Origin: a virus
Taxonomy: Duplodnaviria > Caudoviricetes
Virus record (IMG/VR): IMGVR_UViG_3300042905_005059
Span: 1 to 64,000 of that record
Direction: 5' to 3' (one strand)
DNA length: 64,000 bases
Below are positions 9,921 through 18,966 of this stretch, one piece after another (the stretch's first letter is position 1; every line of letters starts with the position of its first letter). A program made the translations under genes and the position numbers. The notes beneath the pieces are model-generated. The model was not told the DNA's origin and ran no database searches. It saw only the letters and a list, made by a program, of their open reading frames with translations.

Positions 9921-11789
9921 ATGTCAGATGTAGAAATAAAATACAATAACAAAAGAGTCCCAGTTTCTGGATTTGGCCCTACTCCTTATTTGTCTTTATC
10001 AGATGAAGTTATTAGCTATGGAAATAGATGGGGCTTAGTCCATAGGATAATCCTTAATGGAGTAATAACAGGAATAGACTATTCTGCGCTTTATACAGCT
10101 CAAACTGGGCTCATAGATATCTTTGCTAGTTCTTATAAGACCCTAACAGTTTATGAAGGCCCAGATGGCACTACTGGTTATTATGATGGCTCAAATGGGT
10201 CTGCGGGATCTGCTGGCTCTTCAGCTTTGTATTCTGGAGCTTATAGTTTTTCTGGATGCTCTGTTGAAAGAGTGGTCTTCGATGATGCTCCATATAATAA
10301 AGTAGTTCCTTATACTGTAGAGCTTGTATCTTATCCATCTGGTTTAACTGGATATTTTTCTGGCACATATGGAGTTTTAAATCCAAGAGATGAGATAAGA
10401 ATCTCAGAAGGCCAAGATGGATTTGGCACTATAAACCACTCAGTTGCAGCTTCAGCTTTTGTTACTACAACCATAGATAATGCTATAAATAATGCAAAAA
10501 ACTATGTCTATTCTAGGACTGGTGTATCAAATATAGTAAATTTGCCTCAAGCTTCTGGCATTGACACTTCTGGAGTCTTCACTCCTGTATTAGTTAGCAT
10601 ATCAGAAAATCTAGACAGACTTGCCTTAAATTATTCAGTAGAAGAGGTTTATAGTTTCAAATTATTCACTGGAGATACCGAAGCGAATAATGGCTATAAT
10701 TTTAACAACTATTATTTAACTTCTTATTCTACTAGCCTAAGCTCTGGCGCTGGAGATGATTTTGTTACGGCAAATATACAAGGAGAAATAAAGGCTGGCA
10801 TCACTGGAGCCACTGGAGAGGCTTTGATTTCTGATTTGGTATCTCAATTATCTGGCCTGAATCCTTACGCAGTAATATCAGGAAAGTATGGAGAGCCAAA
10901 TGGTTTTAAATTTTGCAAAGATCCAATCCAAATCTCTCTATCGGAAGACCTAAAAAGTAGAAAGATATCATTCAACGCTTCCTATGACAATCTAGAGTTT
11001 TATACTTCAGTTAATGATAAATTTGTATATGGAGGATGCTATTTAGACGCTCAGATAGAGCATTCCATAGACAATTTAAGCAGCATATCTACTATTCAAG
11101 TAAGAGGAGAAATCAAGGCTAGAGGATCAAGCACTAGAAGATACAATGACACATTAAACTATTTAGAAAAGCTAGTAACAGCAGGAAGCAACGGATCTGA
11201 GCCAAGAATTTATGATTTTGTGAATGATTATTATGTTGATTATTTTGGAGCAAGTGCTTTGTTCTCTTTAAATGCTACTCCAGTTTCGATGGAGATAAAT
11301 GCAAATCCACAATTAGGAACAATATCTATAAATGCTGCATTTGATAATAAAGACAGATTCTTAGGCTTGGCTGTTTCTGATTATAGCATAGATTATAGTC
11401 CTTACAATACTCTTTACAGTTATGAGTCTTCTTGCAATGACTCTTTAAAACATCTAGTTGTAGACATGAATGTCAAGAGAAGAGAAAAGCTTTCTTTAAA
11501 TACTACAGTAGCTAGTTATGGCGCTCAATCTTCTGAAATCTTATTGCTAGGAAACAAAGACACAATATTTACTAGTTTAGTGAATAACTTTGTCAAAAAT
11601 CTAATCGCCTCTCCATCAGACTTAGATACGGTTCAAGAAGAAAGCTCTAATGTTACAGTATCTAATAGTTCTAGCGCCAACGTACTAAGAACAGATCTAA
11701 AATATGGATCTCAAATAAGCGCTAGTAAAACATTCTCATTTGAACTAAAAGACAGCGAAATCCCAAATAGAATAATCTTAAAAAACTAA
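9921..11789 (+). CDS. Putative tail-tip structural protein (622 aa); paralog of previous gene
   Basis: Start moved from TTG 9897 to ATG 9921 (TAA-A-ATG junction, AAGGAGG just upstream). Beta-rich modules resembling 7991-9919. Confidence 0.55.
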   Translation: MSDVEIKYNNKRVPVSGFGPTPYLSLSDEVISYGNRWGLVHRIILNGVITGIDYSALYTAQTGLIDIFASSYKTLTVYEGPDGTTGYYDGSNGSAGSAGSSALYSGAYSFSGCSVERVVFDDAPYNKVVPYTVELVSYPSGLTGYFSGTYGVLNPRDEIRISEGQDGFGTINHSVAASAFVTTTIDNAINNAKNYVYSRTGVSNIVNLPQASGIDTSGVFTPVLVSISENLDRLALNYSVEEVYSFKLFTGDTEANNGYNFNNYYLTSYSTSLSSGAGDDFVTANIQGEIKAGITGATGEALISDLVSQLSGLNPYAVISGKYGEPNGFKFCKDPIQISLSEDLKSRKISFNASYDNLEFYTSVNDKFVYGGCYLDAQIEHSIDNLSSISTIQVRGEIKARGSSTRRYNDTLNYLEKLVTAGSNGSEPRIYDFVNDYYVDYFGASALFSLNATPVSMEINANPQLGTISINAAFDNKDRFLGLAVSDYSIDYSPYNTLYSYESSCNDSLKHLVVDMNVKRREKLSLNTTVASYGAQSSEILLLGNKDTIFTSLVNNFVKNLIASPSDLDTVQEESSNVTVSNSSSANVLRTDLKYGSQISASKTFSFELKDSEIPNRIILKN

Positions 11790-11790
11790 C

Positions 11791-13572
11791 ATGAACGAAA
11801 TAATAAAATCTGGATTTTTAGACACGATTTTCAGCAAGAGAGCTGACGTTCAAATTGATTACGATTTTAGATCTCCATCTTACACTGGGATAAGCGACTC
11901 TAGTAGCAATACTGGATATGTTTTTTTTAATAATCAAACTGGCATAGCTAACCAATATTCTGGAGGAAAAATATACGATACTAATAATCCAGCGTTAGCT
12001 TACTGCGATAATTCTACTATTCCATTATCTATTGTTAGTGGTGTTTTTAATTCAAACGCTAAATATAAAGTACTAGGAACCGTTGCAGATGGAGATTGGA
12101 CAGCTTTTGTAGTGTTTCAAAATTTAGATACTGGAGATAATGTAAATAGCAAAGTTTTATTCTCTTCTAAGACTGGAGACGCTTCAGTTTCTGGTTTCGC
12201 CGTAGGAATAAATGGAGGAAATAGAGTTTTCTGTGAACACAATACTCCTCTTAGCGGGAAAAGAATATATACTTTAAATCAAGAACTAGATAACAAAAAT
12301 TTAGTTTCAGTTTCTAAGATTGACTCTAATTTATTTATAGGATTGCATCAGTTCGACGACTCTCTTAATAAAATATCTGCTGATAATAAATTTTCTTTAA
12401 TAGACTATTCTTATTCGGATAAATTTTATTTAGGTGGACTTGGATTTTCTGGCCAAGCGTACAAAAATTTTAGTGGCAAAATGGATAGCTTTATGATGTT
12501 CAATGTGGGGCTAGGTTTTGCAGAAAGGAATACTTTTGCGAAATCTTTCTATTGCTCATCTTATCAAACTGGAGAATTTGTTACTTCATTAGAGACTTTC
12601 CAAGCTGTAACAGGAGTAGAGTTGCAAACAGTAGTTGTAGGAACAGGAGTAACAGGATATGTGGAGTACTTGGCTGGTACAGAAGAAGTGGATGGAGGAA
12701 CAATTAATAAATACGCGTACTCTGGAGTCACTGGATATATTTATGACACAGTTGCGGTAGAAATAACAGGAACAACAACCGGACAATCTGAAATATTAAC
12801 TTACAATAGGCCAAGCGGAATTTATGACTATGGATACATATCGACTTTCGCCAACTCTAAGATTGTATTATTAAATAATTTTGACTCTTCAGCTAAAGAA
12901 GTTTATTCTTTTTCTGGCCGAAATAATGATGACTTAAATCTTATTCCCAACTATTCAATAAGTACGCTAAAGTATTCTATATTAACTACCGGAAGCGGAG
13001 AAACTATAAATTTTTACGCCAATGGATTGGCTCAACCATATGTTAGTCAACTATCTCCTTCTATGAGTGGAGATTTTACTGTTTCTGGTAATGCTATAGA
13101 TACTGATGGATTTTTTGATATGTCAGATTTTCCAATTTACGACATCATCTACGGGACCACATCTATAACTGGAATAACTACTGGAGATGTTTCTTCAGGA
13201 ACTAAAACACTTTCTTCTTCTTACGTTAGCAATAGAGACTTATATTTAAATGGAAATAAATTGATTTCAGGAGTAAACTACTCTGCGTCAGGAGCTTCTG
13301 TAATAATAACAACTTCAGATCTTATTGATGGCGATCTAATGTTGATGCCTAAACATAATCAAAATCTCGTAAGATATACTGGATATAATGATAATAATTT
13401 TGACTCCAACATAAAATTGATAGACGAGCAGATTTGGGTCAATGGGTTAAGGCAAATTAAGCTATTAGATTACGAAAAGGTGGCTGATTTTAGCCTTAAG
13501 TATTCTACATTTTCTTTGGAGCCGCTATCTGATATCATTTATAATAATGACACGGGTTTTTTTAACGTGTAA
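11791..13572 (+). CDS. Structural protein with N-terminal LamG/concanavalin-A-like domain (593 aa)
   Basis: WTAFVVF...VLFS...GFAVGI...FYLGG...FSGKMDSFMMFNVGL fits the LamG-like pattern (IG...F.G.ID.V.I.N.AL); C-terminal FYANGLAQ / LYLNGNKL / IWVNGLRQ...DY repeats typical of phage tail proteins. Confidence 0.6.
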   Translation: MNEIIKSGFLDTIFSKRADVQIDYDFRSPSYTGISDSSSNTGYVFFNNQTGIANQYSGGKIYDTNNPALAYCDNSTIPLSIVSGVFNSNAKYKVLGTVADGDWTAFVVFQNLDTGDNVNSKVLFSSKTGDASVSGFAVGINGGNRVFCEHNTPLSGKRIYTLNQELDNKNLVSVSKIDSNLFIGLHQFDDSLNKISADNKFSLIDYSYSDKFYLGGLGFSGQAYKNFSGKMDSFMMFNVGLGFAERNTFAKSFYCSSYQTGEFVTSLETFQAVTGVELQTVVVGTGVTGYVEYLAGTEEVDGGTINKYAYSGVTGYIYDTVAVEITGTTTGQSEILTYNRPSGIYDYGYISTFANSKIVLLNNFDSSAKEVYSFSGRNNDDLNLIPNYSISTLKYSILTTGSGETINFYANGLAQPYVSQLSPSMSGDFTVSGNAIDTDGFFDMSDFPIYDIIYGTTSITGITTGDVSSGTKTLSSSYVSNRDLYLNGNKLISGVNYSASGASVIITTSDLIDGDLMLMPKHNQNLVRYTGYNDNNFDSNIKLIDEQIWVNGLRQIKLLDYEKVADFSLKYSTFSLEPLSDIIYNNDTGFFNV

Positions 13573-13587
13573 TGTATCATAAGGGAT

Positions 13588-16500
13588 ATGGCTCAAAGAC
13601 AAGTACAAAATAATAGCAGCGTTAATATTTCTAGAACGCAGTATACGTCTTCTGGTGGCGTAGCTCAAGTGCAAAATTTAGGAAATAAGCTTTTCAATGG
13701 ATATGTATATAACATGTCTCTTGACATAGGCTTTAATGGCCAACCAACTGGCCTAATCCTAAATTTAGCATTGAATAGAACGCTAAAAAATGTTAAAACA
13801 AATGACACTATAAATTCGAAAAGAAAAAGCGATATAGCTATTCTAAATTCTAATATAGCGTCAAAAAATCTATCTAAAGCTTCTGAATTGGCATCAAAAG
13901 GAAACGTAGGAACGCCAAGCATTATATCCCAAATAGTAGATAAAGATTTCCAGCTAGACGAGCAGTATATGGGAATCAATACCAGTTATAACATTTCTAT
14001 ATTAGATGGAGATGGAAAATCTTGTTATGATTTAAAGAATTTTAGAATAGCTTCTTATTCGCTAAGCAAGAAAAATAACGAAAAAATACTAACTGTCTCT
14101 TTTAAAGACGCTTCTTTTGTATTAAGTAAAATTTACGTAGGTATTCTGGGAGAAGAGGTGGCTGTTGATGAGAGATCAGAAAGACCAGCAATAATAGACA
14201 AATTGCAATTAAGCTGCCCAGCAGTAAATGGAGACTCCGGCGGCACAAGGACTATAAGAAATTTCAGCCAGCTATTACATTTCTCAGAAGAACAATTGGC
14301 CAATAAGCTTAATGTAGACAGAAATCTTGTAGACGTAATCGTAGACTCAAACAAAACAAAAGATAAGATTAATTACATAATTTTAAAATCAAAAGATCAA
14401 AATAAAAGCGTAGTAAATGGATATGGCGCTGTAATCATATTAGGAGAAGAAGATTTTAAAGATAGCCCATGCGAATCTGCTGATGTTATTTATTCTTTTA
14501 AGTCTTTACTGGCTGCATTAAAAAATCCAGCGTTGGGAATAAGTATTTATTCTGAGCCATTGCCTCCCGGCGGAGTACCCAAAGAAGGCGTAGACTACTA
14601 CTCGCTACAAGATAAATCTAGAGGAAGAATAAAAAAGAAATATCATGGAACACTAAAAGACGTACTAAACCAATGGTGCGACGATTACTCTTTTGCTTAT
14701 ACTGTAGATTATACCGTAGGGAACTCGATATTAATAAAAGGAATAGACTTATCTAGCCCAGCGGCTAAAGAATCTGTTCTGAAAACTAAACTTAGTTTTG
14801 AGGATTTAGAAGCTCAAGACCAAAAAGATTTCGTTATTAAATCTCAAAATTTTGATTTTGACTTAAGCGAAAAAGTTTTAAAGCTATACTCTTCTTACTA
14901 TTTCAAAGACGCCAAGACACAAGACCTTTCTTTTGAGCAGTCTTTAGGAGATAGAAATTTTTACGCCATAAATCTAAATGAAATATTTCCTCAATTTTTT
15001 TCGAATTGGAGTTCTAATGGATTGGATTTTTGCGGAACAAAAAGAACATATAATCAAGTAATTACTTCTGCTGTTCTTGGAAAATACTCTCCTAGATTAA
15101 GGCAAATATACAACTATGGATTGGGAGCTTATCAGGCTTTAGGATTCGTTCCTTTGAAGAGTGATAATCCAAATAATCCATACTCTCAATTGCCTATAGC
15201 TGACAATACAAGCTTAATATTTCAAGAAGCTGTATCTAAAGTGCTAGAAGTACAAGCTGATTTGCTTTACGATAGTTTAACTGGTCAGCCTCTTTTAAAT
15301 TTTAATCTAGGCTTTTTTAATGCGGAATTAGCCACTCAAGTAGAAAAAATAGAAAGCTTTATAGCTGAATTTATAGGCAAGCATTATTGGACAGATGAAT
15401 TTTCATTCCAAGAAGGATCTATTGCAAACGAAAATTATTACGCAAAATACGAGATCACCACTGTCCCTCAAGTCCAAAAAGTATATTCAGATCAATTATA
15501 TAAAATAGAAGCATTCCAGCAGGCTCAATATCTATTGAGTCAAATAAATAGCTTATTCTCAGGGACAGAAAGATACTACGATGCTTACTCTGAGTTTAAT
15601 AAATTGAGAACAGATGTGCGAAGAGCCTGCTCAGAAGCTTCTGTGTCTTATCAAAAATATATCAGTAATCTATCGGCTTCCAAAAATTTTAGATTCTACA
15701 CCGCTAGACCAAACGCTTCTTATGGAGTTTTAGCTGAGCTTGTTAAAGAGATCCAATCTATAGAATACAGGATAGAACCAAGCTCTGAGCTTTTCCAAAT
15801 AGATTTGGCAGACATCTATACTCCAGTTTTTAAACAAATGTCTCCAGTTTCATTTGGAGCGTTGCAAACTGCATTACCAATCAATGTAACAAGCGTTCCA
15901 TTATCTGATTATAAATTTGGGTTGATAGCTGGATTTAAATCTAATATTTTCACATTCCAAGAGATAGCGTTTCCAATTTATACTAACCCAATAGAATTTC
16001 AAAATTCAGTAAGAGAGAGATGCCAAGCCATAAGTGGGCAACTTGCTAAAGGAAATGAAAGAGTAATTAATTTAACAAAGAACGTATGCAATAAAACTGT
16101 TCTTTACACAACTTGTATTTTGCCGACCGAAGAAAAGTTAATCAAACAAAATAACTCTGCTGAATTGCAAGCAGCAAGCGGACCTGACCCATTCTCCTGC
16201 CAAAGACTTTTTATTAGAAGAGCAGTTCCAAGCCAAGCAATAATGCAATCTAATGTAACTAAATCTTTAATGTCTTCTAATGGGTTTATTACTTTAACTC
16301 CAACTAATCTTGGAAATATATTAATACAAAGCGTCAAGAATCCAAATCCAATTCGCTACACTTCGATGACGCCTATTACGGAAACGATTACTCTGCCATC
16401 TCAAAGGACTTACAACATAAGACTTTTAAGCAAAACATCTTCTCAAATATATTTGCCTTTCCAAAATTACATAAGAGGAGGCTTGGAAGACGCTGGAGAC

Positions 16501-17007
16501 ATACAAAAAATAATAGAAAATGAAACTTTCTCATTAGATTTATTTGTTAACAATGTGACCTCAAACGTGAGAGAACTTTTTGCTGATCAGTCTCAGCCTG
16601 TATATACTTCATCTACATTCATAGATACCCAAATAAAAAACAAAACTCCATTCATTATGGATTATCAAGGCTACAATGACACAGCAGATAGCCCCAAATA
16701 CGAGTTTAAAACATTTGAGCAGTTCCATAATATTTTAAAATCTTACTATGACGATAGGAGCAACTCTTTGAGAGAGCCTGCCGTGTCTTATTCTAATGAT
16801 ATTTTTTGCGCTAAAATATCCACAGCGCTTAAAGAGTTATTGAATGTTAAGAATGGGCTTACGAAATTAAACATCACTATTGGCGAAAGCGGATTGAATA
16901 TTCAATGCGAATTCCAAAGCAGGCCCCCTAGATTAGACAAGTTAGAAACTTTAATATATAAAAATAGACCGAATATCAAACTCCAAAATACAAACCTATT
17001 TAAATAA
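13588..17007 (+). CDS. Putative tail/baseplate hub-like protein (1139 aa)
   Basis: Long ORF in the structural block; GYVYNMSLDIGFNGQPTGLILNL and GTLKDVLNQWCDDYSFAYTVD loosely resemble hub/gpD-type segments. Weak assignment. Confidence 0.4.
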   Translation: MAQRQVQNNSSVNISRTQYTSSGGVAQVQNLGNKLFNGYVYNMSLDIGFNGQPTGLILNLALNRTLKNVKTNDTINSKRKSDIAILNSNIASKNLSKASELASKGNVGTPSIISQIVDKDFQLDEQYMGINTSYNISILDGDGKSCYDLKNFRIASYSLSKKNNEKILTVSFKDASFVLSKIYVGILGEEVAVDERSERPAIIDKLQLSCPAVNGDSGGTRTIRNFSQLLHFSEEQLANKLNVDRNLVDVIVDSNKTKDKINYIILKSKDQNKSVVNGYGAVIILGEEDFKDSPCESADVIYSFKSLLAALKNPALGISIYSEPLPPGGVPKEGVDYYSLQDKSRGRIKKKYHGTLKDVLNQWCDDYSFAYTVDYTVGNSILIKGIDLSSPAAKESVLKTKLSFEDLEAQDQKDFVIKSQNFDFDLSEKVLKLYSSYYFKDAKTQDLSFEQSLGDRNFYAINLNEIFPQFFSNWSSNGLDFCGTKRTYNQVITSAVLGKYSPRLRQIYNYGLGAYQALGFVPLKSDNPNNPYSQLPIADNTSLIFQEAVSKVLEVQADLLYDSLTGQPLLNFNLGFFNAELATQVEKIESFIAEFIGKHYWTDEFSFQEGSIANENYYAKYEITTVPQVQKVYSDQLYKIEAFQQAQYLLSQINSLFSGTERYYDAYSEFNKLRTDVRRACSEASVSYQKYISNLSASKNFRFYTARPNASYGVLAELVKEIQSIEYRIEPSSELFQIDLADIYTPVFKQMSPVSFGALQTALPINVTSVPLSDYKFGLIAGFKSNIFTFQEIAFPIYTNPIEFQNSVRERCQAISGQLAKGNERVINLTKNVCNKTVLYTTCILPTEEKLIKQNNSAELQAASGPDPFSCQRLFIRRAVPSQAIMQSNVTKSLMSSNGFITLTPTNLGNILIQSVKNPNPIRYTSMTPITETITLPSQRTYNIRLLSKTSSQIYLPFQNYIRGGLEDAGDIQKIIENETFSLDLFVNNVTSNVRELFADQSQPVYTSSTFIDTQIKNKTPFIMDYQGYNDTADSPKYEFKTFEQFHNILKSYYDDRSNSLREPAVSYSNDIFCAKISTALKELLNVKNGLTKLNITIGESGLNIQCEFQSRPPRLDKLETLIYKNRPNIKLQNTNLFK

Positions 17008-18386
17008 TGATTATTTCTGGAAATACTTTTAGAAAGGTTCTTAGAGACAACAAGTTTTCTTTTAACTTTGACGCTTCTTTTGATTCTTGCACTGGGGTAT
17101 CAGAAATGGGATTTAGCGGCCAAGGCCAAACTTATAAATTTTCTTTTATCAGCGGAAAAATTTACGACAATGATGGAAGGTACTTCTTTTCTTACATTCC
17201 AAATGCTCAAGTAAATATAGAAAGTAATTTTTCTGGATCTTTTTATGATTATATAGTTAATAATGATAGAATTATTTTTTCTGGTTCTAAGAGTAATTTT
17301 TACGCAGAAAGATTCTATATAAATACAACAGGAGCTACAATTGACTCCACTTTGACTATTAGAGCGAATAAGCCTAGCTTAACTCTATCAACAAATCAAA
17401 CTTTTATAACAGGTCTAGATATAACTGGATACTTATCAACAAGTTCTCCAAGTGGATTGCAAGTTTTATCAGGAGAGTTCGAAGATGGCTCTACTTTTTA
17501 TTTTAAATCTTTCCCAACTGGATTCATAACGTCGACCTCTAGCGGGCAAGTATTAATTGGGCAAAATGTTACTGGCGTAGGAGCCTTTTTGTCGGATTAT
17601 GCAATTCACACTTCTGCTGGAAGTTATGATAACTCTATTCAAATCTCAGGAGTAGAAGTACCTTATCTTAATTATACTTTTAACCTTGCAGATGGATTAG
17701 ATACTTTAAATAGCGTATCAAATATTTTATTAGAAAGCGGAATAACTAAATATGGAGAAATTGAGCTTGATTATGGTTACAATACTAATGATCTTACTCT
17801 TGTTCCAGCGTCTTTACCTTTAAATATTTCTTTGAGCTATAGCTCTGGAGTTACAGGGTATCTTGGGCAAATTACGGATGTAAATATTATAGATGGCGGC
17901 AGCGGATATTTAAGCCCTCCCACTGTAATTTTTAGTGGTGGAGGTGGATCTTTAGCTTCTGGCACAGCAATTCTTGGCGTAACCAGCGTAGATTACGATA
18001 AGGTGATAGACATCCAAATGACATCTTATGGTTCTGGATATACATCTGCTCCAGCGGTAATTTTCTCAGGAGGAACTGGAATTATCAATAATCAACCATC
18101 AGCTAATGCTTCTGGGTTGGCTTTGACTTCTTTTTACACCAAGAGCTTTACAGGCTTTTTCGATTTATTTACTGGTTTAAATTATAATTATTCCAGTTAT
18201 TCAGATAATAATTATATAAGCGGGTTAAACTATGTAAGAAATAATGTTTCCTTGTCTACTAATAGCAGCGTAAATATTAAAGTTTCTTATGATACGTCTT
18301 TTGATGAGTATCCATTAGTAGCAAAATTGTCAATCAGCGGCGCAAACAATAATATAATAGAAAGATATATAACAGGATTAAAATAA
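17007..18386 (+). CDS. Structural protein with two G-S-G-Y-x-x-x-P-x-V-I-F-S-G-G repeats (459 aa)
   Basis: IIDGGSGYLSPPTVIFSGGGG and MTSYGSGYTSAPAVIFSGG, a repeat type common in virion proteins of large phages; TAATG overlap with previous gene. Confidence 0.6.
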   Translation: MIISGNTFRKVLRDNKFSFNFDASFDSCTGVSEMGFSGQGQTYKFSFISGKIYDNDGRYFFSYIPNAQVNIESNFSGSFYDYIVNNDRIIFSGSKSNFYAERFYINTTGATIDSTLTIRANKPSLTLSTNQTFITGLDITGYLSTSSPSGLQVLSGEFEDGSTFYFKSFPTGFITSTSSGQVLIGQNVTGVGAFLSDYAIHTSAGSYDNSIQISGVEVPYLNYTFNLADGLDTLNSVSNILLESGITKYGEIELDYGYNTNDLTLVPASLPLNISLSYSSGVTGYLGQITDVNIIDGGSGYLSPPTVIFSGGGGSLASGTAILGVTSVDYDKVIDIQMTSYGSGYTSAPAVIFSGGTGIINNQPSANASGLALTSFYTKSFTGFFDLFTGLNYNYSSYSDNNYISGLNYVRNNVSLSTNSSVNIKVSYDTSFDEYPLVAKLSISGANNNIIERYITGLK

Positions 18387-18387
18387 T

Positions 18388-18963
18388 ATGCCAATCCCTA
18401 CCTCTCAATTAAAAGGCGAAAATCCATTTCTTTATATTGCTTCTTATAATAAAAGCAAAACACAGACCGGTTTATCAACCATAAAAAATCCAATACTTGA
18501 CACTGCGGTTTTGAATCAAATAGGTCTTCAAGCTTACGCTGAATTTAAAGACGATTTTATAAATTATAAAAGCGGGCTAATACTTTGCGTTAATACTCAT
18601 TTTGATTTAAACAAATTTTTTGCGACTTCCTCCTTGCCTAATTCTGGAAATTTAGGAATTGGAGCTTATAGCTCTTTGCCGAATAACGTTGTATTTACAG
18701 TGGTGACAATGCCTCAGCAGTTTATCAATAAAAAAGGCAGCTTAACAAAAGATTATGATTATGGAGAAAAATTAAGAGTATTAAGCTCTCAAGAAACCAC
18801 AGGAAGCACAATATATCAAATACCAAATGCTTCAGCCTCTAGACAGGCTGTAACTAATAAATCTTTGGTCTCTTACATAACTAGAAGAGATGCAAATATG
18901 ATAGGCAGAAGTGTAAAAAGTCAATCTACAGGAGGCGGCGGAGGAGTAGGAGTATGGAGTTAA
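18388..18963 (+). CDS. Hypothetical protein, probably virion-associated (191 aa)
   Basis: Fills the gap between coupled genes (TAA-T-ATG upstream, TAA-TAT-ATG downstream). Confidence 0.7.
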   Translation: MPIPTSQLKGENPFLYIASYNKSKTQTGLSTIKNPILDTAVLNQIGLQAYAEFKDDFINYKSGLILCVNTHFDLNKFFATSSLPNSGNLGIGAYSSLPNNVVFTVVTMPQQFINKKGSLTKDYDYGEKLRVLSSQETTGSTIYQIPNASASRQAVTNKSLVSYITRRDANMIGRSVKSQSTGGGGGVGVWS

Positions 18964-18966
18964 TAT

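Noticed and set aside
13567-13590. GTGTAA hexamer before 13588 (also on the - strand near 63230) as a late-promoter motif
   Set aside because: Only two intergenic instances with different spacing to ATG, and it also occurs inside coding regions; insufficient support.
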